From Candidatus Woesebacteria bacterium GW2011_GWF1_31_35 (lineage in GTDB: Bacteria; Patescibacteriota; Microgenomatia; UBA8517), in contig CP011214.1 in assembly GCA_001029755.1 (NCBI GenBank), forward strand, positions 273,564 through 337,563: 64,000 nt of DNA, in the 5' to 3' direction. Under the pieces are notes generated by a model that was not told the DNA's origin, did no database searches, and saw only the letters and a program-made list of their open reading frames with translations. The first letter of the stretch is position 1, and each line of letters starts with the position of its first letter. A program made the position numbers and the translations under genes. Below are positions 29,508-39,947 of this stretch, piece by piece.

Positions 29508-29693
29508 GTGAATAAAGATATGAAGAAAAAAGATTCAGCTAAACTTTCAAAATTTTTAATGATAGGTGCTTTATTAGGGGTAATGTTTTCCTTTATAGGC
29601 TATTTTGGATTAGATATTTGGCTTGCATCAACTCAGTGGTTATTAGTTTCTGCGGTAATGGCTCTTTTTGGAGTTTATTTGAAGCTGACTTGA
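29508..29693 (+). CDS. Small two-TM protein
   Basis: Hydrophobic ORF with G-rich SD; start uncertain. Confidence 0.55.
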   Translation: MNKDMKKKDSAKLSKFLMIGALLGVMFSFIGYFGLDIWLASTQWLLVSAVMALFGVYLKLT

Positions 29694-29777
29694 GGCTAGC
29701 GGTAATCATGCGGAGAATATACGGTAATTACTCTTAAACTTGACATCTATTAGTGGTTAGGAGTATTTTTAGAGCAC

Positions 29778-30263
29778 ATGAAATCTAGCAGGAAAGACAT
29801 TGTTATTGGTTTTATATTAATTATTGCTTTAGTTGGTGGAATTTTCTTTTACAAAAATTTAAAAACTCCAAAAGTACTTCCAACTTCCACTCCATTAACA
29901 ATTAAATCAAAGATTGAAGGACTATTTAATTATGTTATCCCTGATGATTTGGATTCAATAGAACTTAAAGATGTTACTGGGGGAATATATAGAGGAATTG
30001 CTGCAAGAAAATTTGAAAAAAGAATCTTTACAATTACAGTATTAGCTGATCTACCAGATTTATCTTCAAATGAATTTTATGAAGGATGGGTATTTTCAGG
30101 TGATAAGTTTATTTCAATTGGAAAATTAAGAATTGCTAAGGGTGGATTTTTAGTTGATTTTACTTCAAATACTGATTATTCTTCTTACAATAAAGTTACT
30201 GTTACTAAAGAAAAGGTTAATGATAATAAACCTGAGAGCCTAATTCTTGAAGGATCTTTTTAA
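29778..30263 (+). CDS. Membrane-anchored protein with RskA (anti-sigma-K)-like C-terminal domain
   Basis: LPD...YEGW...VTKE...P...ILEG pattern. Confidence 0.55.
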   Translation: MKSSRKDIVIGFILIIALVGGIFFYKNLKTPKVLPTSTPLTIKSKIEGLFNYVIPDDLDSIELKDVTGGIYRGIAARKFEKRIFTITVLADLPDLSSNEFYEGWVFSGDKFISIGKLRIAKGGFLVDFTSNTDYSSYNKVTVTKEKVNDNKPESLILEGSF

Positions 30264-30388
30264 ACTTTCTTTCTTGAGGTAAGATTATATTAATGAAAAA
30301 GTTCACTTTCATTCTAATACTTGGGATACTCTTCATTTCTTTTGCTATTTTTTTTCTTAATATTTATATTAAGGGGGTGGGTAGGTAA

Positions 30389-30631
30389 ATGCGGGTTACT
30401 ATATATTCAACTACAACATGTCCTTATTGTAAAATGTTAAAGGATTATTTAATTAGTAAAAATGTATCTTTTACTGAAAAGTTAGTAGATCAAGATGATT
30501 TAGTTAGAAATGAAATGGCAACTGAATCTGGTGGATTTTTAGGTGTTCCTTTTACTGTCGTTACTAAAGATGATAATACAAAAGAAACCATAATAGGGTT
30601 TGATAAAGGTAAAATAGATTCGATTATTTAA
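30389..30631 (+). CDS. Glutaredoxin-like protein
   Basis: CPYC, GVP, IIGFD. Confidence 0.9.
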   Translation: MRVTIYSTTTCPYCKMLKDYLISKNVSFTEKLVDQDDLVRNEMATESGGFLGVPFTVVTKDDNTKETIIGFDKGKIDSII

Positions 30632-31291
30632 ATGATATTTGTAAATTTTAAAACCTATGAAAGTGGAACTGGTGGGAAAGCTTTATTGCTTTCAAAAATT
30701 ATTGAAGAAGTTTCAAAAGAATCTGGAGTTAAAATTATTCCAGTGGTTCAATCTTCTGATATAAAAGAGATTGCTTCAACTGTTTCTATTGAAGTTTGGA
30801 CACAAAAAATTGATCCAGTTGAGTTTGGTGCCCACACAGGGTCAATTATTCCAGAAGCAGTCTTTGAAGATGGTGCGATTGGAACATTTTTAAATCATTC
30901 AGAGAATAGATTTAATGATTTTGAATCCTTAGCCAAAGCTCATGATAGAGCAAAAGAAGTTGGACTTAAAACTTTAATTTTTGCTAAAGATTTAGAAGAA
31001 TTAACAAAAGTAAGTTCTTTAAAACCTGATTACATTTCCTACGAACCACCAGAATTAATTGGAAGTACTGATATCTCAGTTGCAACAGCCAAACCCGAAA
31101 TTATTCAAAAAGCTTCTGAAATATCAAAACAGGTTGGGATTCCTTTAATTGTTGGTGCTGGAGTACACTCTTTTCAGGATGTTAAAAAATGTTTAGAATT
31201 AGGAGCTGTTGGTATTGCTGTTGCATCAGACATTATGAATGCAGAAGACCCCAGAAAAGAACTCTTGGATTTAGTAGAAGGATATAGATAA
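30632..31291 (+). CDS. tpiA: Triosephosphate isomerase (archaeal type)
   Basis: VNFKTY, NHSE, YEPPELIG, GAG; 219 aa. Confidence 0.93.
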   Translation: MIFVNFKTYESGTGGKALLLSKIIEEVSKESGVKIIPVVQSSDIKEIASTVSIEVWTQKIDPVEFGAHTGSIIPEAVFEDGAIGTFLNHSENRFNDFESLAKAHDRAKEVGLKTLIFAKDLEELTKVSSLKPDYISYEPPELIGSTDISVATAKPEIIQKASEISKQVGIPLIVGAGVHSFQDVKKCLELGAVGIAVASDIMNAEDPRKELLDLVEGYR

Positions 31292-31296
31292 ATAAT

Positions 31297-31746
31297 ATGA
31301 AAATTTTTACAGGATCAGATCATAGAGGATATCTTTTAAAAGAAAAGGTAAATTCTTGGGTTTTTGATTTAGGTTATACTTTTGAAGATGTTGGGCCTTT
31401 AATAATTGATCCATTTGATGATTTTACAAAATATGTAAGTGAAGTAGCATCGTTGGTTGCAAATACAAAAGGTTCAAGAGGGGTGGTTCTTTGTGGGAGT
31501 GGGGTAGGAGCTGATATTTTAGCCAATAAGTTTGACGGAATTAGGGCTTCAATTGGAAAAGATAAAAACCAAATAAAAAAGGGTAGAAGTGATGATGATA
31601 TGAATGTATTAGTTTTAGCTGCAGATTTTACTAAAGATGAAGAAGCAAAAGAGATGTTAAAGGCATTTTTAGATACAAAATTTAAAGGTAAAAGTAGATT
31701 TAAGAGAAGGCTCAAAGAAATAGAAAAAATAGAAGCAAATAATTAA
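31297..31746 (+). CDS. rpiB: Ribose-5-phosphate isomerase B
   Basis: GSDHRG, CGSGVG, ANKFDGIRA. Confidence 0.92.
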   Translation: MKIFTGSDHRGYLLKEKVNSWVFDLGYTFEDVGPLIIDPFDDFTKYVSEVASLVANTKGSRGVVLCGSGVGADILANKFDGIRASIGKDKNQIKKGRSDDDMNVLVLAADFTKDEEAKEMLKAFLDTKFKGKSRFKRRLKEIEKIEANN

Positions 31747-31750
31747 ATTT

Positions 31751-31999
31751 TTACTTCAAACCTTTAATATCTGGACAATCATTTTGATCACAGTTAGGTT
31801 GTCTACATTCCATTGGACCAATATCTCTTGCAGTGAGAAAACTACAAAGCCCATTTTCAAATTTTTGTATTAAATCACCAGCGATATTAACACCAATAAT
31901 TTGAACATTTTCATTATTAAATTGTTTTTGAGTATTTAAAATTCCTTTTTCAATATCTCTTCTAGAGCTAACCTTGGATCTGTGTATACATTCTTTCAT
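31751..31999 (-). CDS. Hypothetical Cys-containing protein
   Basis: Fills the rpiB-pgk gap antisense; TTGACA/TAAAAT upstream. Confidence 0.5.
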   Translation of the reverse strand: MKECIHRSKVSSRRDIEKGILNTQKQFNNENVQIIGVNIAGDLIQKFENGLCSFLTARDIGPMECRQPNCDQNDCPDIKGLK

Positions 32000-32058
32000 T
32001 TTGCGCGATTTTATCCTGTGTGTGTGAATGTCAATATCAGAGGTGATATTATTAAATA

Positions 32059-33018
32059 ATGCTTAATTTGCCCAAACTTACTGATTTAGATATTTCAAAT
32101 AAAAAAGTAATACTTCGACTTGATTTGGATTTAAAAGAATTTGACCCTAATGATTTAAGAATTAAGGCTTCGATTAAAACACTTGATTTTTTAAAAGAAA
32201 AGAACTGTCAAATTACAATAATCGCTCATAGAGGTAGGCCCGATGGAAAATTTGATCAAAGTTTAAGTTTTAAGGAATTCAGAAGCTATTTTAATAAATG
32301 GAATGCTAAGGTAGAAGAAAACTTAAGATTTGAGAGAGGTGAAGAAGAAAATAATATAGAATTTGCAAAAAAATTAGCTACATTAGGTGAAGTTTTTGTA
32401 AATGAAGCTTTTGCAAGTTCTCACAGAAATCATGCATCAATTGTTAGTCTTCCAAAACTTTTGCCTCATGCTTTTGGATTTAGGTTTATAGAGGAAGTGG
32501 AAAATTTAACTAAAGTTTTTGATAATCCCAAAAGGCCTGTAGTTACACTTTTAAGTGGTCTTAAAGAGGATAAATTAAAATATTTAGATGGATTAGAAGC
32601 TATTTCTGACAAAGTTTTAGTAGGAGGAAGACTACCTGATCTTTTAGGAGATAATACTTTAAGTGTTAGAAACCAAGAGGGTAAAGTTATAATTGGAAAC
32701 TTAGTAATGGATAAGGAAGATATAACAGTTAATACTATTGAAAGATTTGAAAAAGAAATTATAGGTGCTGGAACAATACTTCTTTCAGGACCTTTAGGTA
32801 AATTTGAAGAAGAGGGACATAGACAGGGGACTGAGAGGATCTTTAAAGCAATTTCCGCCTTACCTTCTTTTAAAGTTGCTGGTGGTGGAGAAACTGAAAA
32901 AGCAATTAACTTACTTAAAATCAGTGACAAGTTTAATTGGATTTCAGTTGGGGGTGGAGCTTTCTTAGAATTTTTAGTAAATAAAACATTACCTGGAATT
33001 AAAGCCTTTGATAATTAA
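32059..33018 (+). CDS. pgk: Phosphoglycerate kinase (short form)
   Basis: HRGRP, ENLRF, VNEAFASSHR, GGGET, SVGGGA. Confidence 0.9.
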   Translation: MLNLPKLTDLDISNKKVILRLDLDLKEFDPNDLRIKASIKTLDFLKEKNCQITIIAHRGRPDGKFDQSLSFKEFRSYFNKWNAKVEENLRFERGEEENNIEFAKKLATLGEVFVNEAFASSHRNHASIVSLPKLLPHAFGFRFIEEVENLTKVFDNPKRPVVTLLSGLKEDKLKYLDGLEAISDKVLVGGRLPDLLGDNTLSVRNQEGKVIIGNLVMDKEDITVNTIERFEKEIIGAGTILLSGPLGKFEEEGHRQGTERIFKAISALPSFKVAGGGETEKAINLLKISDKFNWISVGGGAFLEFLVNKTLPGIKAFDN

Positions 33019-33060
33019 CGTGCTATTATTAATTGATGGGGAAAGAAGGTGATAAATTAA

Positions 33061-33258
33061 ATGAAATTAAAAACAATTTCTAAATGGTTGGTTTTAATAG
33101 GTGCAGTAGAAATAGGATTAATGGGTATTATGAGTTTTGATCTAATAGGAAGTTTATTAGGTAGCTGGCCATTAGTAGTAAGAATAGTTTATGTCTTAAT
33201 TGGTTTCGCTGGTTTTTGGGGAATCTATGCGACCCTTACAAATAAGAAGAAAAGATAA
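33061..33258 (+). CDS. DUF378-like small membrane protein
   Basis: LVLIGA...FDLI...RIVYVLIG. Confidence 0.7.
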   Translation: MKLKTISKWLVLIGAVEIGLMGIMSFDLIGSLLGSWPLVVRIVYVLIGFAGFWGIYATLTNKKKR

Positions 33259-33375
33259 ACCAATAGATATTCTCATATATAGTTAATTATACGCGATGGA
33301 TTTTTTTTGATTTAAAAGATATTATGTTATATATACTGCCCGTGGTAAGAAAATCTTACCATAGGGCTTAAGCCT

Positions 33376-34443
33376 ATGGTAAAAGTTGGAATAAATGGTT
33401 TTGGTAGAATTGGAAGATTAGCTTTCAGAATTGGTGTTACTAAACACTCGGACGAATTGACTTTTTCAGCAATAAATACTTCAGGAAGTATGCCTCCATC
33501 AGGTTGGGCACAACTAGTTAATTTCGATACTATGTATAGAAAATTTGAATATGAAGTTAAAAGTGATGAAACTTCTATTTCAATTCCAGAAAGGGGAATA
33601 AGTGTTCCAATTTTGGCAGAAAAAGATCCCGGTTTAATTCCTTGGGGAAAATATGGTGTTGAAGTTGTAATTGAAGCAACCGGAAAATTTACTTCTGAAG
33701 AAGATGCTAAAAAGCATGCATTAGGAGGGGCTAAAAGAGTAGTTATTTCAGCTCCTGCAAAGGGAGATAATGTAGGAACCTATGTGATAGGAGTTAATGA
33801 AACAAGTAAAGATGCTGTGATTCTATCAAATGCTAGTTGTACTACAAATTGTGTTGCCCCTGTTGCTGCCGTAATGCATGCAAAATTTGGAATTGAAAAA
33901 GCAATGATGACTACGGTTCATAGTTATACAGATGACCAAAATTTACAAGATGGATCGCACAAAGATTTAAGACGAGCTAGGGCAGCTGCTTGTAATATAG
34001 TTCCAACAACAACTGGAGCAGCAATTGCAACAACTGAAACCATACCAGATCTTAAAGGAATCTTTGACGGAATGGCTTTAAGGGTTCCAGTTGCAACCGG
34101 ATCCATAACTGATTTTACATTTCTTTTAAAGAAAGATGTGACAGTAGAAGAGGTAAATAATGCATTTAAAGAAGCATCAACAAACCCCATATATAAGGAT
34201 ATTTTGGCTGTTTCTGAGGGATTTTTAGTATCATCAGATATTATAGGAAGAAGTGAATCGGCAATTGTTGATTTGCCATTAACGCAAGTAGTTGCAGGAA
34301 ATATGGTCAAGGTTTTTGCATGGTATGACAATGAATGGGGGTATGCAAACCGTTTAGTAGAACAGGTAATTAGAGTAGGAAGAACACTAGAAGGTGGAAT
34401 AGCTCCAACTGACCCATTAACTCTAAGTCATACAAATGGATAA
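33376..34443 (+). CDS. gap: Glyceraldehyde-3-phosphate dehydrogenase, type I
   Basis: GINGFGRIGR, SNASCTTNC, WYDNEWGY. Confidence 0.97.
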   Translation: MVKVGINGFGRIGRLAFRIGVTKHSDELTFSAINTSGSMPPSGWAQLVNFDTMYRKFEYEVKSDETSISIPERGISVPILAEKDPGLIPWGKYGVEVVIEATGKFTSEEDAKKHALGGAKRVVISAPAKGDNVGTYVIGVNETSKDAVILSNASCTTNCVAPVAAVMHAKFGIEKAMMTTVHSYTDDQNLQDGSHKDLRRARAAACNIVPTTTGAAIATTETIPDLKGIFDGMALRVPVATGSITDFTFLLKKDVTVEEVNNAFKEASTNPIYKDILAVSEGFLVSSDIIGRSESAIVDLPLTQVVAGNMVKVFAWYDNEWGYANRLVEQVIRVGRTLEGGIAPTDPLTLSHTNG

Positions 34444-35056
34444 ATCTAAAAATAAAAAAAAGATAAAACAAATTAGTTATTTTGGTTTTGCAGATGCAGC
34501 TCCTAATGATCCACTTTATAAAGAAGCTTTTGAAGTTGCCAAATATATGGCCGAAAAAGGTTTTGTTGCAATAAATGGAGGAGGACCTGGAACAATGAGA
34601 GCAGTTTCAGAAGGAGCCAAAGCTGGTAAAGGAACCGCAGTTGGGGTTACTTTTTATCCTAAAGATATTACAAATTTTGAAGGAAGAGATCCTGAAAATC
34701 CAATGGATATGGAAATAAAATGTCCTAATTATCTTGAAAGAACTTTAAAACTTTTAGAATTAGGTGATGCATATGTCTTTTTTAGAGGAGGGACAGGAAC
34801 AATTTCTGAATTTGGTATGGCATGGGGCTTAGCTAGACTTTATTTTGGCCATCACAAGCCTCTAATTTTATTTGGAGATTATTGGAACAATATTATTAAA
34901 AGTTTTATAGATAATATGAGAATAAGATCGGAAGACTTGAAAGTATATAAAGTTGTTAATAGTCCAGAAGAAATTATTGACGCTATTGAATACTTTGATA
35001 GGGTGTTAACTGAAAACAAAGTTATTCATAATGATGAGAAGGCTTTTCAGATATAA
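34436..35056 (+). CDS. LOG family nucleotide phosphoribohydrolase
   Basis: NGGGPGTM, GGTGTISE. Confidence 0.85.
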   Translation: MDKSKNKKKIKQISYFGFADAAPNDPLYKEAFEVAKYMAEKGFVAINGGGPGTMRAVSEGAKAGKGTAVGVTFYPKDITNFEGRDPENPMDMEIKCPNYLERTLKLLELGDAYVFFRGGTGTISEFGMAWGLARLYFGHHKPLILFGDYWNNIIKSFIDNMRIRSEDLKVYKVVNSPEEIIDAIEYFDRVLTENKVIHNDEKAFQI

Positions 35057-35085
35057 ATTTTAGTTTATTTTTATATTTAATATTC

Positions 35086-35934
35086 ATGAAATACACAATT
35101 GAAGATCTGGAGAAAATTGCTATAGAGGTAAGAGAGGATATTGTCAAAATGATTTTAAAAGCAGGTGCAGGACATCCTGCAGGATCTTTAGGTATGGTTG
35201 AAGTCTTTGTGGCACTTTACTATGCCATTTTAAATCATGATCCTAAAAATCCCAATTGGGAAGATAGGGATAGATTAATTCTTTCAAATGGCCATATTTG
35301 TCCCGCTCGTTATGCAGTAATGAGTCATGTAGGTTATTTTGAACATAAAGAACTTTTAAAATTTGGTGGATTTGGCAGAATTTTGCAAGGTCATCCGGAC
35401 AAAAGATTTTTACCTTCTCTTGAAACAACTTCGGGGCCATTAGGCTGTGGACTTGCTCAAGGATGTGGTATTGCCATAGGGGCTAAGATGGATAAAAAAA
35501 GGTTTAGAACTTTTGTAATAACTTCAGATGGGGAACATGATGAAGGAAATCATTGGGAGGCTGTTGCCTTTGCTGGGAAAAACAATTTAAGTAATTTAAC
35601 TTTAATTGTTGATAGAAATAATATTCAGATTGATGGATTTACTGAAAATGTGATGCCACTTGAACCTTTAGCTTCTAAATACCAAGCTTTTGGTTGGTCT
35701 ACTATAGAAATTGATGGTCATAATTTTTCTGAAATTGTTAATGCAGCAAATAAAGCTCGTGCAATTTATGAAAACCCAACAGTAATTATTGCAAAAACAA
35801 TTCCAGGTAAAGGAGTTCCTTTTATGGAGGGAAATCCTAATTGGCATGCAAAGGCACCAAGTTCAGATGAAGCAAAACAGGCAATTATTGATATCAGAAC
35901 AATGCAGGGGAAAATCAAAACTTATGGGGAATAA
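35086..35934 (+). CDS. Transketolase, N-terminal subunit
   Basis: GHPAGS, DRLILSNGH, SDGEHDEG. Confidence 0.92.
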   Translation: MKYTIEDLEKIAIEVREDIVKMILKAGAGHPAGSLGMVEVFVALYYAILNHDPKNPNWEDRDRLILSNGHICPARYAVMSHVGYFEHKELLKFGGFGRILQGHPDKRFLPSLETTSGPLGCGLAQGCGIAIGAKMDKKRFRTFVITSDGEHDEGNHWEAVAFAGKNNLSNLTLIVDRNNIQIDGFTENVMPLEPLASKYQAFGWSTIEIDGHNFSEIVNAANKARAIYENPTVIIAKTIPGKGVPFMEGNPNWHAKAPSSDEAKQAIIDIRTMQGKIKTYGE

Positions 35935-35946
35935 ATAAAAATTATT

Positions 35947-36942
35947 ATGGTTAACAATAAATTAAACTTATCAGATCAATTATTTAAAAAAGATATAGAA
36001 AAAAAATTCATGAGAGACGGATTTGGTGAGGGACTTTTAACGGCAGGTGAAAAGGATGAAAGAATTGTTGTTTTAACAGCTGATTTAAAAGAATCAACAA
36101 GGGTTAATCTTTTTGCAGATTCCTTTCCAGAAAGATTTATTGAAGTTGGAGTTTCCGAACAAGCGATGGTAACAATTGCATCAGGTCTTGCTAATTACGG
36201 AAAAATTCCATTTTGCAGTTCATATGCTGTCTTTAGCCCGGGAAGAAATTGGGAACAGATTAGAACAACAATTGGAATAGATAATTATCCTGTAAAAATA
36301 ATTGGAGCGCAATCAGGACTTAATATTGGTCATTATGGAGTAACACATCAAGGCCTGGAAGACATTGCTCTTGCCCGTGTTATTCCAAACATGAATGCTA
36401 TCGTTCCAAGTGATTATATTGAGGCAAAAAAAGCGACTTTAGAGATTGCAAAGAGTGATAAACCTTACTATATGAGACTACCTAGAATTGATAGTCCTGT
36501 CTATACCACAGATAAAACTCCATTTAAAATTGGAAAGGCCAATATTTTAACTGAAAGTAAAATTCCAGAAGTAGCAATTATTGCAACTGGTTTATTGGTT
36601 TATAAAGCGCTTTTAGCATATAAAGAACTAGAAAAAAATGGAATAGAAACAATTGTAGTAAATATGCATACAATAAAACCTTTAGATGAAGAAACAGTTA
36701 TAAGAAGTGCAAAATTAACAGGAGCTGTTGTTACAGTTGAAGAACATCAGATAATTGGTGGATTGGGATCCGCGATATCAGAAAGTTTATCTAAAAATTT
36801 TCCTGTACCAATGGAAATATTGGGAGTAAAAGATAGGTTTGGACAATCAGGAACTCCAAAAGAGTTATTTGAAGAATATAATTTGACTAAGGAAGACATT
36901 ATTAAAGCCGTTAAAAAAGTTATAAGCAGGAAAAATTCTTAA
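35947..36942 (+). CDS. Transketolase, C-terminal subunit
   Basis: GVSEQ, GVTHQ, EEHQIIGGLG. Confidence 0.92.
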   Translation: MVNNKLNLSDQLFKKDIEKKFMRDGFGEGLLTAGEKDERIVVLTADLKESTRVNLFADSFPERFIEVGVSEQAMVTIASGLANYGKIPFCSSYAVFSPGRNWEQIRTTIGIDNYPVKIIGAQSGLNIGHYGVTHQGLEDIALARVIPNMNAIVPSDYIEAKKATLEIAKSDKPYYMRLPRIDSPVYTTDKTPFKIGKANILTESKIPEVAIIATGLLVYKALLAYKELEKNGIETIVVNMHTIKPLDEETVIRSAKLTGAVVTVEEHQIIGGLGSAISESLSKNFPVPMEILGVKDRFGQSGTPKELFEEYNLTKEDIIKAVKKVISRKNS

Positions 36943-36944
36943 AA

Positions 36945-37223
36945 TTAATAAGCTCCACCTTTAAAATCGGGGTAATTCAATTTATACCAATTCATTGCTT
37001 CTTTACTACAATCATTCTTTACTGTCTCAATTGTAGGCATACAATCTATCCAGCCACCTTCAGGACAAGAATATGATGATACTTTAGGTTTATTGGTTGG
37101 AAGTATTTTGACTATTTTATTTTTTGGGTATACGAAAAAGAGAGCAACTAAGGTAGAAAGTAAAACTAAGATGGAGAGTAAAATGATCAAAAATTTTTTA
37201 TCACCACTAGAGTTTTTACTCAT
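36945..37223 (-). CDS. Small membrane-anchored Cys-containing protein
   Basis: TM, then CP..WIDCMP...C. Confidence 0.6.
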   Translation of the reverse strand: MSKNSSGDKKFLIILLSILVLLSTLVALFFVYPKNKIVKILPTNKPKVSSYSCPEGGWIDCMPTIETVKNDCSKEAMNWYKLNYPDFKGGAY

Positions 37224-37246
37224 AATGTCATTATAATGTATATCAT

Positions 37247-38209
37247 ATGCAAGAAACTGTCCAGAAAATTTTAACGTCTAATAGAGGTATTTTAGCTGCA
37301 GATGAATCAACAAATACAATTACAAAAAGATTTTTATCATTAGGTTTAACTTCAACCCCAGAACTTAATAAAAAATACAGAGAAGTGCTTTTTTCAACTC
37401 CAGATCTCGAAAAATACATAAGTGGAGTGATTTTATTTGATGAAACAATTAGGCAAGGATTAGGTCAAATGTTAAATCAAAAGGGAATATTAATTGGTAT
37501 TAAAGTTGATGGGGGTTTAGAAAACTTTAATAATACGGAAGAACAAGTCACAAAAGGATTAGATGGTTTGTCAATTAGACTTGATGAATATAAAAAAATG
37601 GGTGCAACTTTTACTAAATGGAGGGGAGTAATTAAAATTTCAGATATTTTTCCAACAGATCAATTTTTAGATGAAACTTTAGGAGGAATGGTCAAGTATG
37701 CAAAATTAGTTCAGGAAAAGGAAATGATTCCAATAGTTGAACCTGAAATACTTTTAGATGGAAATCACACAACAACAAGATGTGGAGAGATAACTGGGAA
37801 AACATTAAAAAGATTATTTGAATTACTTTTAAAAGAAGGAGTTGACTTGACTAAAGTAATTTTAAAGACAAATATGGTTTTACCTGGAAAAGATAGTGGA
37901 GTTACAGCAGCCCCATTAGAAGTTGCTGGTGCAACCTTAAGGATATTAAATTTATCTGTTCCTAAAGAAATTCCAGGAATTGTTTTTCTTTCTGGTGGGC
38001 AAACTCCTGATCAAGCAACAAATAATTTAAATGAGATAGTTAAAACCAAAGGAGATTCTCCTTGGGATATTTCATTTTCATATGGTAGGGCTTTACAAGA
38101 AGAAGCAATGAAGACATGGGGTGGAAAAGATGAAAATAAACTTAATGCTCAAGAAGTTTTTACAAAAAGACTTCAAATTGTTTCTAAGGCTAGGATGGGA
38201 GAACTTTAG
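37247..38209 (+). CDS. Fructose-bisphosphate aldolase, class I
   Basis: GILAADES, GIKVD, KWR, PIVEPE, FLSGGQ, FSYGRALQ. Confidence 0.93.
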   Translation: MQETVQKILTSNRGILAADESTNTITKRFLSLGLTSTPELNKKYREVLFSTPDLEKYISGVILFDETIRQGLGQMLNQKGILIGIKVDGGLENFNNTEEQVTKGLDGLSIRLDEYKKMGATFTKWRGVIKISDIFPTDQFLDETLGGMVKYAKLVQEKEMIPIVEPEILLDGNHTTTRCGEITGKTLKRLFELLLKEGVDLTKVILKTNMVLPGKDSGVTAAPLEVAGATLRILNLSVPKEIPGIVFLSGGQTPDQATNNLNEIVKTKGDSPWDISFSYGRALQEEAMKTWGGKDENKLNAQEVFTKRLQIVSKARMGEL

Positions 38210-38211
38210 AT

Positions 38212-39204
38212 ATGAGTAATCTTGATTTACTTTCTGTAGGAGATGCTAATTTAGATGCATTTATTACACCTTCTGAATCAGAATCTCTTTGTGACATTAA
38301 TACTAAGGAGTGTCTAATTGCTTTTTCGTATGCAGATAAAATTCCTGTTAAAAATTTAGAATTTTCTGTTGGTGGAAATGCTGCAAATAATTTAGTTGGA
38401 ACTAAAAGATTAGGAGTTAATTCTGGTGCAGTACTAACCTTGGGGGATGATAGTACAGGAGTCCAAATTATTGAAAAATTAAGGCAGGAGAGTGTTGACT
38501 TAACCTATGTTATTCAACAACCATCGACGCTTTCAAACTTTAATATGGTAATTTCATATACAGGGGAGCGAACAATTTTTACATATCATGCCCCAAGATC
38601 ATATGAATTTCCAGTAAATCTACCTAAAGTTCCTTGGATGTATTTAACTTCGATGGGAGAATCTTTTAAACCTTTCTATAATCATATAACTGAGTGGTTA
38701 GTTAAAAATCCAGAAACTAAGCTTTCCTTTAATCCAGGAACTTGGCAATTAAGAGGTGGAATTGATGCAATTGAAAATGTATTTAAACTTTCTACTTTGG
38801 TTTTTGTAAATAAACAAGAAGCAGAGAAACTAACAGGATTTGAAGCTAAAGATAAAGTTACTAAAGAACTTCTAATGGCCCTTTCAGGATTGGGACCAAA
38901 AATAGCAGTTATTACTGATGGTGGAAACGGATCATTTGTTTTTGATGGTAATAGATTTTTACACTGTGGAATACTTCCGGTTGATGCATATGAAAGAACT
39001 GGAGCAGGAGATGCTTTTGGATCAGGATTTTTGTCAGCTGTAATCAAAGGCAAAACTTTAGAAGAAGCTTTAATTTGGGGAACAGTTAATTCAGCTTCAG
39101 TTATTGGTTATACAGGAGCACAAAGAGGATTATTAACAGAAGATGATATGAGTACATGGGTTGACAGGGCAAAATCTTCGGGAGTTATGGTTGAGGAGAT
39201 GTAG
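38212..39204 (+). CDS. PfkB family carbohydrate kinase
   Basis: GGNAAN, RTGAGDAFGSG. Confidence 0.9.
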   Translation: MSNLDLLSVGDANLDAFITPSESESLCDINTKECLIAFSYADKIPVKNLEFSVGGNAANNLVGTKRLGVNSGAVLTLGDDSTGVQIIEKLRQESVDLTYVIQQPSTLSNFNMVISYTGERTIFTYHAPRSYEFPVNLPKVPWMYLTSMGESFKPFYNHITEWLVKNPETKLSFNPGTWQLRGGIDAIENVFKLSTLVFVNKQEAEKLTGFEAKDKVTKELLMALSGLGPKIAVITDGGNGSFVFDGNRFLHCGILPVDAYERTGAGDAFGSGFLSAVIKGKTLEEALIWGTVNSASVIGYTGAQRGLLTEDDMSTWVDRAKSSGVMVEEM

Positions 39205-39910
39205 TTGGTTCGGATTCAATAAACTTAATAGTAGATAGAATTTGATCAAAAACTTGAAAAAGATTTGGATCCTCTGTGCCTAGTTGGAAATAGTATCGTA
39301 TTCCATTATGGTCAAGCAAAACAAAAATTAGGTTTGGTCCTTTAAGGATTATTGATTTTTCCCCACCAAGTTCTGACTCAAATTTTTCTGTTCCAGGTTC
39401 TGCTCCAGGTTGGTTTAGTCTGTATGTTGCGTCTTGATCGAGTGATTTTTCTGGATTTTCATAAGAAAAAAGATAGAGGGTGGCAATCAAACCCTCTACC
39501 TCAACACTTTGGGAGCTGGGGTTGTCTACTGGGTAAGATATCCACGATCCATATCCACCATCGGGGGACCCTAATACTTCTTTGTGTGTATACCATTTTT
39601 CGGGTAATGCAATCGAGAGCCCTATTTTTGAGAAAATATGGACTTTCCAATCTGTAGTTGGATCTGTTGTTGGTATTGGTTCAGTCGATGTAATCGGAGT
39701 AGGGATAACCTGTAATTTTGTAATTTCTTTAACTAAATTTTGTGTTTGATATGCAAAAAAACCTGCAATTAAAACAGAAATGATAAGTAAAATTGAAAGT
39801 AAAATTACTAAAAAGCTACTATTTTTTTTAGGTTCAGCTGTTTCCATTTTTTGTGCTGGTTCTATTTGTGGTGTTGGTGTTTGTGTATTTGTGGTTATAT
39901 TTTGTTCCAT
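39185..39910 (-). CDS. Membrane-anchored PsbP-like surface protein
   Basis: TM, PT linker, TDWKV, FDQILSTIKF. Confidence 0.65.
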   Translation of the reverse strand: MEQNITTNTQTPTPQIEPAQKMETAEPKKNSSFLVILLSILLIISVLIAGFFAYQTQNLVKEITKLQVIPTPITSTEPIPTTDPTTDWKVHIFSKIGLSIALPEKWYTHKEVLGSPDGGYGSWISYPVDNPSSQSVEVEGLIATLYLFSYENPEKSLDQDATYRLNQPGAEPGTEKFESELGGEKSIILKGPNLIFVLLDHNGIRYYFQLGTEDPNLFQVFDQILSTIKFIESEPTTSPQP

Positions 39911-39947
39911 GCTTTAATAATAACATAGGAAATGTTAAATTTAATGT

